A DNA stretch of 64,000 nucleotides. Source: an uncultured delta proteobacterium (lineage in GTDB: Bacteria > Myxococcota_A > Polyangia > Polyangiales > Polyangiaceae). Under the pieces are notes generated by a model. That model was not told where the DNA came from and made no database searches. It worked only from the letters and a program-made list of their open reading frames with translations. Numbering within the stretch: the first letter of the stretch is position 1; the number at the start of each line of letters is the position of its first letter. Shown in pieces: positions 29,717 through 39,220 of this stretch. The stretch covers positions 352,001-416,000 of the forward strand of contig CAWJCS010000002.1 in NCBI GenBank assembly GCA_963841435.1, read 5' to 3'. Both the position numbers and the translations under genes were made by a program.

Positions 29717-30802
29717 TCAGAAAGCGACCGACACGGTCGCGCCCGGCCCCCGCCACTGGACGGCGACTGCCGCGGCCGCGCCGCTCGGCCACACGAGGTA
29801 GGTGACGACGGTTCCGACGCCGAGCACGCCCGCCGCGACGAACGCGCCGAGCGCCGTCGTGTGCGAGCGATCGCGCACGTCGAGATCCGCGTTGAGCTTG
29901 GTGCACTCCGGAGGCACGAGCTCTCCGGCAGGGGGCGCACAGTACGAATGCGTCGCGCCCGACATGCCTTCCTTCCGCGCGATCGCGGCGCGCGTGTCCG
30001 ACACGCGACCGTCCGCCGCCGAGGCCCGCAGCGTGTAGCCGACGCCGATCCCGGCTGCCGCCGCCGTCAGCACGCCGCCGCCCAAAAGCACCCAGGTGGC
30101 GCCCGAGCCGGACCCTCCCGCGTCGGAGGGGACGCCGGTCGGCGGTGGCGGCGTTGGGCGCAAGCTCGGCTCGGCCTGCCCTGGCGTGGCGGTCCCCGCG
30201 CTCCCCGGGGCGACGGACAGCGAGACGGCCAAACGATCGCCAGCCGCGACCAGCGTGCGGCGGATGGGCGAAGTGATCGCGCCGAGGCGCAGCTCGAAGG
30301 CGTGCTCGCCGGGCTCGAGCCAGACATCGGTCCGGAGCGGCACCGCGCCGACCTCCCGGCCGTCGACGAACACGACCGCGCCGCCCGGCTCACCTGCGAC
30401 CCGCACGCTGCCCATGTGGCGCCGGCACTCGGCGAGGCGCTGCTCGGCGTCCGCGCGATCGGGCGGCAAGGCGTTGATGTACCGCTCCCAGTGCTCGGCC
30501 GCGTCCCGGTAGCGGCCGAGCTTCATCTCGACTTCGGCGAGCGTCGCGGCAAGGTCCTTGTCCTTTTGGAGGTCCCAGGCGCGCAGCAGGTCCTGGCGGG
30601 CACCCTCGAGATTGCCGCTGCGGTATTCGGCGATACCCTGGCGCATCAGCGCCGCAAACTCCTGCTCGTCGTCCGCCCTCGCGACAGCCGGTCCCTTCGA
30701 GCCGGTCGGGTGCTGGGCGGCTGCGGACGGTGACCACGCCGAGACCACGCCGCTGGCGAGCAGGGCACACAGGGGCGCGAGCCGGCTTCGGAGTCGAATC
30801 AT
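29717..30802 (-). CDS. TPR/PEGA-domain exported protein
   Basis: Signal peptide AAA-Q, helical TPR-like region, GAVVFVDGREVG...LEPGEH, hydrophobic C-terminal segments. Confidence 0.8.
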   Translation of the reverse strand: MIRLRSRLAPLCALLASGVVSAWSPSAAAQHPTGSKGPAVARADDEQEFAALMRQGIAEYRSGNLEGARQDLLRAWDLQKDKDLAATLAEVEMKLGRYRDAAEHWERYINALPPDRADAEQRLAECRRHMGSVRVAGEPGGAVVFVDGREVGAVPLRTDVWLEPGEHAFELRLGAITSPIRRTLVAAGDRLAVSLSVAPGSAGTATPGQAEPSLRPTPPPPTGVPSDAGGSGSGATWVLLGGGVLTAAAAGIGVGYTLRASAADGRVSDTRAAIARKEGMSGATHSYCAPPAGELVPPECTKLNADLDVRDRSHTTALGAFVAAGVLGVGTVVTYLVWPSGAAAAVAVQWRGPGATVSVAF

Positions 30803-30806
30803 GGTC

Positions 30807-32456
30807 TCAACCGCCCCCCAGGCTCTTCTCCAGCCGACGGAGCCGCTCCTCGACCGGGTCGGGGGTGGCCGGCTTCGGCCGCGACGTTGGGGGCGCCGCA
30901 GCGGGCGCCGGCGCTGTCGTGCGTTTCGCCGGGCGCGGCACGGGCACCTCTCGCGGTGACGATCTCGGCGGAGCGGCGATCGGCGCTGGCGCGGTGGCGC
31001 TCGCGGTCGACGTTGGCGCGGAGCTCGCGGCGGCCGGAGCGTCCGGCGCGCGTGCGGGCAACCCCGATGGCGGCGCCGTCGGCATCGATGCCGACGGCGA
31101 GAGCGACGGCGCCGCCGAGATCGCGATGCCGTCCGGCTGTCCAGCGAGCCCGGAGGAGCTCGTGAAATGCATGAAGGCCACGGTGCCTCCCACGGACGCG
31201 CCGATGAGACCGCTGAGCAAGAGCACCTGCCGCACCCGGTTCGGTCTCTCGCCCGGGATGCTCGGCCAGTCACGGGAGTACAGGCCGGTGGTCACGGGTG
31301 CGGCGGTCCCGGGGGTGATCACACGCTGCGTCGAGGGCGCTATGGACGGCGACGGCGACGCTGGCGCCGGTGCCGAGAGTCGCTCGGTCCTCGGAGTGAG
31401 CGGGACCGTGCCGCCGAAGCTCGCCACGGGCGCGCCCGGGGCGGCGCCGTGCGGCGCCGAAAGCCCCGGAGTGCCCAGCGGCACGAGCGGCGCCGTGCGG
31501 CGCCGCGCACCCGGGGTCGCGAGCTCCCGCACACCGACGTCCAGGCCGTGCACGTGGGCGTAGGCCGCCCAGGCGGCCGCGCACTCACGGATGGCACGGG
31601 CGAACTCTTCCATCGAACTGAAACGCTGCTCCGGAGCCTTCGCCATCGCCCGGCTGACGAGCAGCGCGACGTTGCGTGGGACGCGGGCGTCGACCTCGTC
31701 GAGCAGGGGTGTCTCGACGGAGAGCACGGCGCGCGAGATTTCCCACATCGAGGGGTGCGGCGCGTCCGTGAGCTCGGAGATCGGGTGCCGGCCGAGCAGC
31801 GCTTCGTACATGATGACGCCGAGCGCGTAGATGTCGCTGCGTGGTGTGAGCTTGTGGAGCTGAAGTTGCTCGGGGCTCATGTAGAGCACGGTACCGTGCG
31901 CGACGTCCTTGTCGGTCGTCCAGTTCGTCGCATCGGCAACCTTCGCGATCCCGAAGTCGAGGATCTTGAGCCCCTGATCGCGGGTCACGAAGAGATTCTC
32001 GGGCTTGAGGTCCCGATGGATGGCGCCCGTGATGTGCGCGGAGTGCACGCCGTCCGCCGCCTGGGCCGCGAGATCGAGCACCTCCTCGACGGACAGCGCG
32101 CCGTGCTCGTTCAATACATCCCGGAGCGAGCGCCCCCGCAAGAGCTCCATCACGATGTAGAGCAGGCCCGTCTCCGTCATCCCGGCGTCGATCACCTCGA
32201 CGATGTTGTGGTGGCGGAGTCGGTTCAGGAGCTGCGCTTCGGCCTGCCCCCGCCGCAATGATTCGCGATCGATGCCTCCCGGACGATGGAGCACCTTGAT
32301 GGCCACCTCACGACCCATGAAGGTGTTGATCGCGTGGTAGACGCAGGCATGCCCTCCCTGGCCGATGAGGTCCTTGATCTCGTACTTTGAAAGGAAGGTA
32401 TCCCCTGCACTGAGGGGACCCTGCGCGGCCCGCTGGGACATCCGAACGGAGCTCAT
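30807..32456 (-). CDS. Hanks-type Ser/Thr protein kinase with TM segment and Pro-rich tail
   Basis: IGQGGHACVY, VAIK, IHRDLKPEN, DFG, GTVLYMSPEQ, SDIYALG. Confidence 0.95.
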   Translation of the reverse strand: MSSVRMSQRAAQGPLSAGDTFLSKYEIKDLIGQGGHACVYHAINTFMGREVAIKVLHRPGGIDRESLRRGQAEAQLLNRLRHHNIVEVIDAGMTETGLLYIVMELLRGRSLRDVLNEHGALSVEEVLDLAAQAADGVHSAHITGAIHRDLKPENLFVTRDQGLKILDFGIAKVADATNWTTDKDVAHGTVLYMSPEQLQLHKLTPRSDIYALGVIMYEALLGRHPISELTDAPHPSMWEISRAVLSVETPLLDEVDARVPRNVALLVSRAMAKAPEQRFSSMEEFARAIRECAAAWAAYAHVHGLDVGVRELATPGARRRTAPLVPLGTPGLSAPHGAAPGAPVASFGGTVPLTPRTERLSAPAPASPSPSIAPSTQRVITPGTAAPVTTGLYSRDWPSIPGERPNRVRQVLLLSGLIGASVGGTVAFMHFTSSSGLAGQPDGIAISAAPSLSPSASMPTAPPSGLPARAPDAPAAASSAPTSTASATAPAPIAAPPRSSPREVPVPRPAKRTTAPAPAAAPPTSRPKPATPDPVEERLRRLEKSLGGG

Positions 32457-32770
32457 CCTAGCCCATCTCCGTGAGCCGGCAGCGGGCGGGACAGGGGCCG
32501 CCTCGCGCTCGCGTTCTCGCAATCTTCGAGCACATGCCCCGTTCGGCAGGTCAGGGGTCGCCGTTGCAGCTTTTTGCTGGGGGCGCACCTCGGGTCGGGC
32601 GGAGCGGCCAAGCCGGGCAGGGCGAGCACCCGAGCGAAGGCGCGGCGACACGCGGACTGGGTCGTTCTGCTCGCGGTGGTCGCGGACAGACGGTCGCCGG
32701 TCGCGGGGCGACTTCTCGCCCACAGCCGTTTTGTGCAACGCTTGACCCCGCCCGGCCGATTGGTCCTACG

Positions 32771-34740
32771 ATGCGCACGTTGAATCGGTTCTTCGCCATT
32801 GCTCTCGTCGCTGCGGCCTCTTACGCCCCGCTCGCGGGGTGCGGCAAGAGTGACCGTCCATGCGAGGAAACGCTGACTTGCCCCGGTACGATCCGGGCGG
32901 GGTCTGCCGGTGCGGGCGCGACCAGTGGCAGCGGCGGAGCTGGCACCGGTGGCACGGGTGGCACGACTGGCGGTGGCGGTCGAGGCGGCGCTGCCGCCTC
33001 CGGTCAGGGCGGCGGGTCGGGAGACAGCGCTCTTGGCGGGGGCGGCGGGAGCGGGCAAAACGGGGGTGAAGGTGGAGCTGGCCTCTCCGACGAAGGTGGT
33101 GAGTCGGGAGAAGGCAATCTCGGCGGAGGCGGCAGCTCGCAAGGGGGCGGCGGCTCGGACGCGGGCCTCTCGCAAGATGGGTCCCCATGCTCGGCCGGCC
33201 CGGAGTGCGAGAGCGGGTATTGCGCCGACGGCGTCTGTTGCAATGGCCTCTGCGATGGGCAGTGTGAATCGTGCAAGGAAGGCGGCTCGGTGGGGACATG
33301 CACCCCCGTTCTGGGCACTCCGGTCGCGCCGCGCGCTGACTGCGCGGGGACCGCGCCTTGCAAAGGCGAATGCGACGGCAATGAGACCGAAGCCTGCACC
33401 TTTCCCGATAGCTCGGCCGTTTGTAGTGCCGCCATCTGCACGAACGGCCAGATCACGACCGCGTCGGTTTGCAACGGCTCGGGGGCCTGCACCACGACCA
33501 CCAACAGTGCCTGCCCAGCCGGTGGCTGTGCTCCCGGCAACATGGCGTGCGCGACCAGCTGCACGTCGAGCTCCTGCGGTGCCGGCACCTATTGTGATAC
33601 GACGGGCGCCTGCGTCACGACGCTCGGTCCCGGGCAGAGCTGCTCGGCCGACGTGCAGTGTGGGTCCGGACACTGCGTTCGACGGCGTGTGCTGCGAGAC
33701 TTCCTGCACGGGCCAGTGCATGATCTGCAACTCTGCCGGGAGCTGCGTGCGCAAGACATCCGGAGCTCCAGCGAATGGTCGCGCTGCTTGCACGAGCAGC
33801 GGCACGACTTGCGGCGGCACCTGCAACGGCACTTCGGACACCTGCGCCTATCCTGGCTCGAGCACGAGCTGCGCGACCCCCACGTGCTCCACCGACACGA
33901 CGCAGGTCAACTCGATGGCGTGCAACGGACAGGGCGCCTGCGCGCCGCAGACGATGAGCTGCAACTCCTCATCGTATTGCAAAGGTGGCGCGTGCGTTAC
34001 GAAGGTCGCCAACGGTGGCTCGTGCCAGGGCAGCAACCAGTGCCAAAGCGCAAACTGCTCCACGGATGCCGTCACCGCCACGAGCATTTGCTGCCAGGCG
34101 GGCCGTTCGAACTGCGGCAGCTGCGTTCGACCTGCAGAGCGACGCCTCGCATTGCGGCAGTTGCTCGAATGCTTGCGGCGCGAACCGGGCCTGCCAGAGC
34201 GCGACGTGCCAGTGCACGGGCTACGCGTTCCCCCCGGCATGCGGTCGGTGCGGAAGCTTCGGCTTCGAGTCGGGCACCACGGAAGGCTGGGTCGCGGACA
34301 CCGACCCCAATTTTCCAGTCAACGGCGGCGCCAACAACGGGGTCACGAACGTCACGTTCACCCAGACTCGAGTCCACGACGGCAGCTATGGCCTGGCTGT
34401 CCCCGGCCTCACGAGCTCCGAGGTCGTTTCCGTTGCCGTACCACTGTGTACGGGATCAGCGTCCGTCGCACTCGGCGGCTTCACGATGTCGGCCTGGGTT
34501 TATCTCACGGGTACGACGTTGGACTCGCTTGCGTTCCTGTTCCTCGACGCTTGGAATGCCACGTCGCAAGTCAGTAGTCCCGTCCTGACGGGTAACAACA
34601 TCACGATGAACACCTGGCACCACGTGACGGCAACGTTCAGCTCCGCCATCCAGGCCGACCACGTGGCCATCCGGCTCAACCCGAATACGGCCTGGACCGG
34701 CACGATGTACATCGACAGCGTCGACGTCACGGGCCCGTGA
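32771..34740 (+). CDS. Cys-rich surface lipoprotein (~655 aa) with C-terminal carbohydrate-binding-like domain; +1 frameshifts near 33678 and 34126
   Basis: Lipobox LAGC; CADGVCC repeats; removing one T from each TGCGTTCGAC restores CVDGVCC and CVDLQSDASHCGSC; C-terminal FGFESGT...WHHV...MYIDSV. Confidence 0.8.
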
Positions 34741-34744
34741 GCCC

Positions 34745-36613
34745 ATGAAGGCACCGAAGGCGTCGCAGGACCCGCTGGAGCGGGGGCTCAAGCTACAGCG
34801 CAGTGGGCGCACGAAAGAGGCGGAGTCGGCCTTCCGGCAGCTGATCTCGAAGAACGCACGGCACCACCGGGCGCTGTCCGCGCTCGGCATTCTCATGTTC
34901 GAGACCGGGCGCGTCGAGGAAGCGACTCGCTATCTCGAGCGAGCCGTCCAGGTCGAGCCAAACCCCAAATATCTGACGAACCTCGGCGAGGTCTACCGGC
35001 GACAAGGTCGATTGGACGTCGCCGCGGAGGCATTCGGACGGATCCTCGAAACCGAGCCGAGCTATCCGGACGCGCGCCTGAACCTTGCTTCGGTCCTCGG
35101 CGAGGCGGGCGTCTACGCGCCGGCGCTCGAGCTGCTCCAGCAAGCGGCGGCGTTCGGTCCCGACGGGCCACGCCTCCGGGTTACTCTCGCGTGGGTACTG
35201 TTCCGCCTCAATCGGCCCGACGAATCGTTGGTCCACGCCCGGCGCGCCGTCGAGCTTGCTCCGGACCTCGCATCGGCTCACGGGCAGCTCGGCGACGCCC
35301 TCGATGCGACGGGCGAAAAGGCCGCGGCCCTCGAGAGCTACCGCCGCGCCACCGAGCTCGACCCCTCCAACGACCGTTCTCACAGCGACCTCATCGTCGC
35401 GATGCTCTCGGGTCCGGACTACGACGCCCGGGCCGTCTTCACCGAAGCGCGCGCCTGGGCCGAGCGCCACGCAGAGCCGCTACGAAAGTACCTGCGCGCC
35501 CACGAAAACGACAAAGATCCCGAGCGCCGCCTACGCATCGGCTACGTCTCACCCGATTTTCGGGCGCACGCGATTCAGCAGTTCCTGGTGCCTCTCTTCG
35601 AGCATCACGAAAGGGCCGCATTCGAGATCTTCTTGTATTCGTCCGTGGATCGGCCGGACGCGGAGACCGAATGGTATCGGACGTTCGCGGGGGACCACTT
35701 TCGCGACATTCGACCGCTCGATGACGTTGCGGCCGCCGAGCTCGTCCGCCGCGACCGCGTGGACATTCTGGTCGATCTGGCCCTCCACAGCGCGGGGGGC
35801 CGCCTCAGGACCTTCGCGTGCAAGCCGGCGCCCGTGCAAATGAGCTGGCTCGGCTACGTCGGAACGACGGGCCTCGACACCATCGACTATCGCATCACCG
35901 ATCCTTTCGTCGATCCGCCCGGCACCGAGCTCGGCGCCTACTCCGAGGCCTGCCTCCACTTGCCCGAGACGCTGTGGTGCTACTCGGCGCTCGACACCGA
36001 GCTTTCAGTCGGTGCCCTGCCTGCCCTCGGCGCGGGCCACGTCACGTTCGGTTCTCAGAACACCTACCGCAAGCTCCACGACGCGGTCTTCGTGCTCTGG
36101 GCGCGAGTGCTGAATGCGGTGCCACGGTCGCGACTGTTCCTCTACGCAGAAGAGCATGCGCGCGAGCGGCTCCGCCGAGTGTTCGCTCACGAGGGGATTG
36201 ACGCGGACCGGATCGTGCTCGGAGGCCGGGTTTCGCGCCACGAGTACCTCGAGCGCTATGGTCGCATCGACATCGGGCTCGACACGTTCCCGTTCAACGG
36301 GGCGACCACGACGCTCGACGCGGCGTGGATGGGCGTGCCGGTCGTCAGCCTGAGCGGCTCCTCCGGGTTGCAGCGTGCCGGGGTCAGCATCGCCACGAAC
36401 CTCGGACTTCCCGAGCTTTTCGCGAGCTCCGAGGACGGGTTCGTCGAAACGGCCACCGCGCTCGCGCGCGACCTCGATCGGTTGAGCAAGCTTCGCGCCG
36501 AGCTTCGCTCCCGACTCGAAACGTCGCCGCTCGGAGACGCGCCGCGCTTCGCGCGCCATCTCGAAGCGGCCTATCGTACGGCGTGGCGGCGCTACTGCTC
36601 GGCGCCCGGCTGA
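34745..36613 (+). CDS. TPR-containing GT41 (O-GlcNAc transferase/SPINDLY-like) glycosyltransferase
   Basis: N-terminal TPRs; RLRIGYVSPDFRAH, DILVDL, KPAPVQMSWLGY, LDTFPFNGATTT...WMGVPVV. Confidence 0.92.
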   Translation: MKAPKASQDPLERGLKLQRSGRTKEAESAFRQLISKNARHHRALSALGILMFETGRVEEATRYLERAVQVEPNPKYLTNLGEVYRRQGRLDVAAEAFGRILETEPSYPDARLNLASVLGEAGVYAPALELLQQAAAFGPDGPRLRVTLAWVLFRLNRPDESLVHARRAVELAPDLASAHGQLGDALDATGEKAAALESYRRATELDPSNDRSHSDLIVAMLSGPDYDARAVFTEARAWAERHAEPLRKYLRAHENDKDPERRLRIGYVSPDFRAHAIQQFLVPLFEHHERAAFEIFLYSSVDRPDAETEWYRTFAGDHFRDIRPLDDVAAAELVRRDRVDILVDLALHSAGGRLRTFACKPAPVQMSWLGYVGTTGLDTIDYRITDPFVDPPGTELGAYSEACLHLPETLWCYSALDTELSVGALPALGAGHVTFGSQNTYRKLHDAVFVLWARVLNAVPRSRLFLYAEEHARERLRRVFAHEGIDADRIVLGGRVSRHEYLERYGRIDIGLDTFPFNGATTTLDAAWMGVPVVSLSGSSGLQRAGVSIATNLGLPELFASSEDGFVETATALARDLDRLSKLRAELRSRLETSPLGDAPRFARHLEAAYRTAWRRYCSAPG

Positions 36614-36636
36614 GGGCTCACCCGTCGCCTCCTTCT

Positions 36637-38425
36637 ATGCCGCGCGTTTCCCGACAGCACGACCCGGCCGCACCGAAGCGACGTGAGCGCGCCCGAGTCC
36701 CCGCCTGGCTCTACGTCGTGATGGTGGCCGTGCTCGCCTTCGCGGCCTACAGCCGCCTTCCCGCGCTGCGCGCTCCAGTTGCGCTCGACGACTTCACGCA
36801 GCGAGCGCTCATCGAAGGCAAGCTCGCGCCGGCAAGAAGCATCCTCAATCTCTTCGATTTTTACGCGAATGACAGCCGTGACGCCTTCCTCGACCGCGGA
36901 GCAATCCCGTGGTGGGAATACGTGCCGCACGAAACGGCGCGCTTTCTGCGACCGCTCCCGAGCGCCCTCGTCTGGCTCGACTTTCGCGTCGCCGGTTACG
37001 ATGGCTTCTTGCCACACGTTTTTTCGCTGGCGTGGTGGGTTGCGGCCGTCGCGAGCGGCTTCGTGCTGTTTCGGGGGTTGCTGGGAGCGCGCGCCGCGTT
37101 GCTCGCCACCTCGGTGTTCGCGGTATCTCCTGCGCACACCGTCCCGGTCGTCTGGCTCGCGAATCGTGGCGTGCTCGTCACGCTCGTGTTCGGGGCGTGG
37201 GCGCTGCTCTATTACGCGCGCTTCCGCGAACGGGGGCTCCGGCGTGACGCCATCGTGAGCGGCGTGCTGTGGGCGGCGACGTTTTCGACGGGGGAGTACG
37301 CCCTGTGTTTCGCCGGGTACGTGCTCGCCATCGAGCTCTCGCGACGCGAGGAGACTGCCCTCTCGCGCTTGCGAAAGGCTTCGAGCTTCTTGCTGCCGTT
37401 CGTCGTCTACCTCGCCCTACACGCGGCGCTCGGGTACGGAGCACGAGGGTCTTCGTTTTATCGGAGCCCCCTCGCGGATCCGAACGGCTACCTCGGCGGC
37501 GCGCCGCGCGGGCTTGCCGTGCTGCTGGGCTCGCTCTGGTTCGGGATCCGCGACGAAGCCCTGACGGCAGCGCCCGCTCGCTCGCTCGCTCGTGCTCTGG
37601 GGCATTCCGCTCGCGAGCGTTCTCGGCCTCGCGCTGTTTCGCACGGGCGCGAGCCTGAAGCCCGAACGCCGAACGCGCTTCGTCTGGCTCGTGGCTGGAT
37701 CCGCGATCGCTCTTTTGCCGGTGCTTTCGGCGGGCGCTTCCATGCGGCTTCTCGGCCCGGCCGCGCTCGGCGCGAGCGCCGGCATCGGACTCGTCATCGA
37801 AAGGGCGCTCTTTGGTCGGTCCCGGCAGGAGACGGGCGCCGGCCCAGCGAACGTCGTCGTTTCGCTCGTGGCCCTCGGCCTTGCCGTCTCGCACTTCGCG
37901 ATCGTGCCCGAACAAGCACACGCGTTCACGGCCCTCGCCGCGCAGAAGGAACCGGAGTTCGACGCGCGAATGGCGTGGGTGCGGGCACGAATGACCCCGG
38001 AAAAGTCCACCATCGTCGTGCTGCGCAGCGTTTCGCCGCCAACGGCGTTCGTCGCTCCCTTCATGCTGCGAGACGCCGCGCCTGCACGCTTTCGAGTCCT
38101 GTGCCAGGCGTACGGGCGGATCGCTGTCGTACGTTCCGGCCCGCGCACCCTGGACGTGACTCAAGACGGCAACGAGCCCCTGGTGCACTTCGGTGTGGGC
38201 AATCCGGTGCGTGCCGTCCCATTCCAGGTGGGGGAGGTCGTGGAGGTGCCGGGCATGCGGGTCATAGTCGGCCAGCTCGACGCGGATGGCCTGCCCAAAA
38301 AGCTTCATTTCGAGTTCGATCGGGATCTCGACGATCCGTCGTTCTTCTGGATCCAGGCAGGTGTTTCCGGGTTCTCCGAGGCGTTCCTGCCCCCCGTCGG
38401 CTACGGGATGCTGCTTGCGCCGTGA
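36637..38425 (+). CDS. Polytopic membrane protein, possibly a GT-C-fold glycosyltransferase; frameshift at a (GCTC)4 tract
   Basis: TM1 followed by LDDF, FLRPL, HTVPVVWLANR, many TMs; reading continues in ORF 37592..38425. Confidence 0.65.
37576..37591 (+). repeat. (GCTC)4 tetranucleotide tract at the frameshift site
   Basis: Read directly; three units would be in frame. Confidence 0.85.
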
Positions 38426-38474
38426 TCACGCGTGACATGAAGGCGCCCCTCGTGCCCGCTTGGATCTCGCAACG

Positions 38475-38790
38475 CTACGGCTCGAGCCGAACGCGATAGG
38501 CTTGGCTCCGCACGCCCGGAGCGAGCGGTCCGCTCGCGCAGCCAACCACGACCTTGCCGTCGGCGCTGATGGCGTGTGCGCTCTCCAAGCTCCAGTCCTC
38601 GAGCATGTCTTCGAAGCCCCGCTCGTGCATCGCGTCGAGAAGGCTCCGCATGCCACCGGCGCGGTCCCAGAAGAAGGCCTCGCTCGGGTTCGCGGCGGGC
38701 GCGGCCGTCCCGACGATCCGCTTTCCATCGCCAGAAACGTCTCTCGCCGCGCTCCCGAAGTCGCCGAGCTCCGGAGGTCTCGGGACCACA
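38475..38790 (-). pseudogene. Orphan C-terminal fragment of a HAF-repeat-like extracellular beta-propeller gene
   Basis: SAARDVSGDGKRIVG, EAFFWDRAGGM, AHAISADGKVVVG; upstream sequence is occupied by another gene. Confidence 0.6.
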
Positions 38791-39189
38791 TCATGGGCAA
38801 CTCCTCGAGCTGACGGCCACTCCGGATGGCGCGATGCTGAACGCGATTTCACCCTTGTGCCCCAATCCATTCGCTTCGAGCACGTAGTGCCGGCCTGGCT
38901 CGAGTTTGGGGCAGCCCGGAAGGCCACTGCCATACGGCCACGTCGCCGCGGGAGTGATGGCCCCTGCGCACAGGCGGCTGGCCCCTCTGCTCCCATCTTG
39001 CCGGCGGATGGAAACGAACTCGACCTTCTCTTCTCCGCGAAGAAAGAGCCCACAGTCCTGGAAGGAGAAGACCAACCCTGAGGGGAATTGCATCACGTCG
39101 ATGCGGAGGTCGCGCGAGCACGCCAGCAAGCCGATGCCAAGTATCGTGACAGCGGGGGTCAACGGATGGACGCGGCGGCCGGCTCCCAT
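38791..39189 (-). CDS. Small lipoprotein, candidate immunity protein for the upstream Rhs C-terminal domain
   Basis: Lipobox LLAC, four further Cys; starts ~30 bp after the Rhs stop with an AGGAG RBS. Confidence 0.6.
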   Translation of the reverse strand: MGAGRRVHPLTPAVTILGIGLLACSRDLRIDVMQFPSGLVFSFQDCGLFLRGEEKVEFVSIRRQDGSRGASRLCAGAITPAATWPYGSGLPGCPKLEPGRHYVLEANGLGHKGEIAFSIAPSGVAVSSRSCP

Positions 39190-39220
39190 GCTTAGTCATC
39201 TCCTCGAGCTTTCTCCGAGT

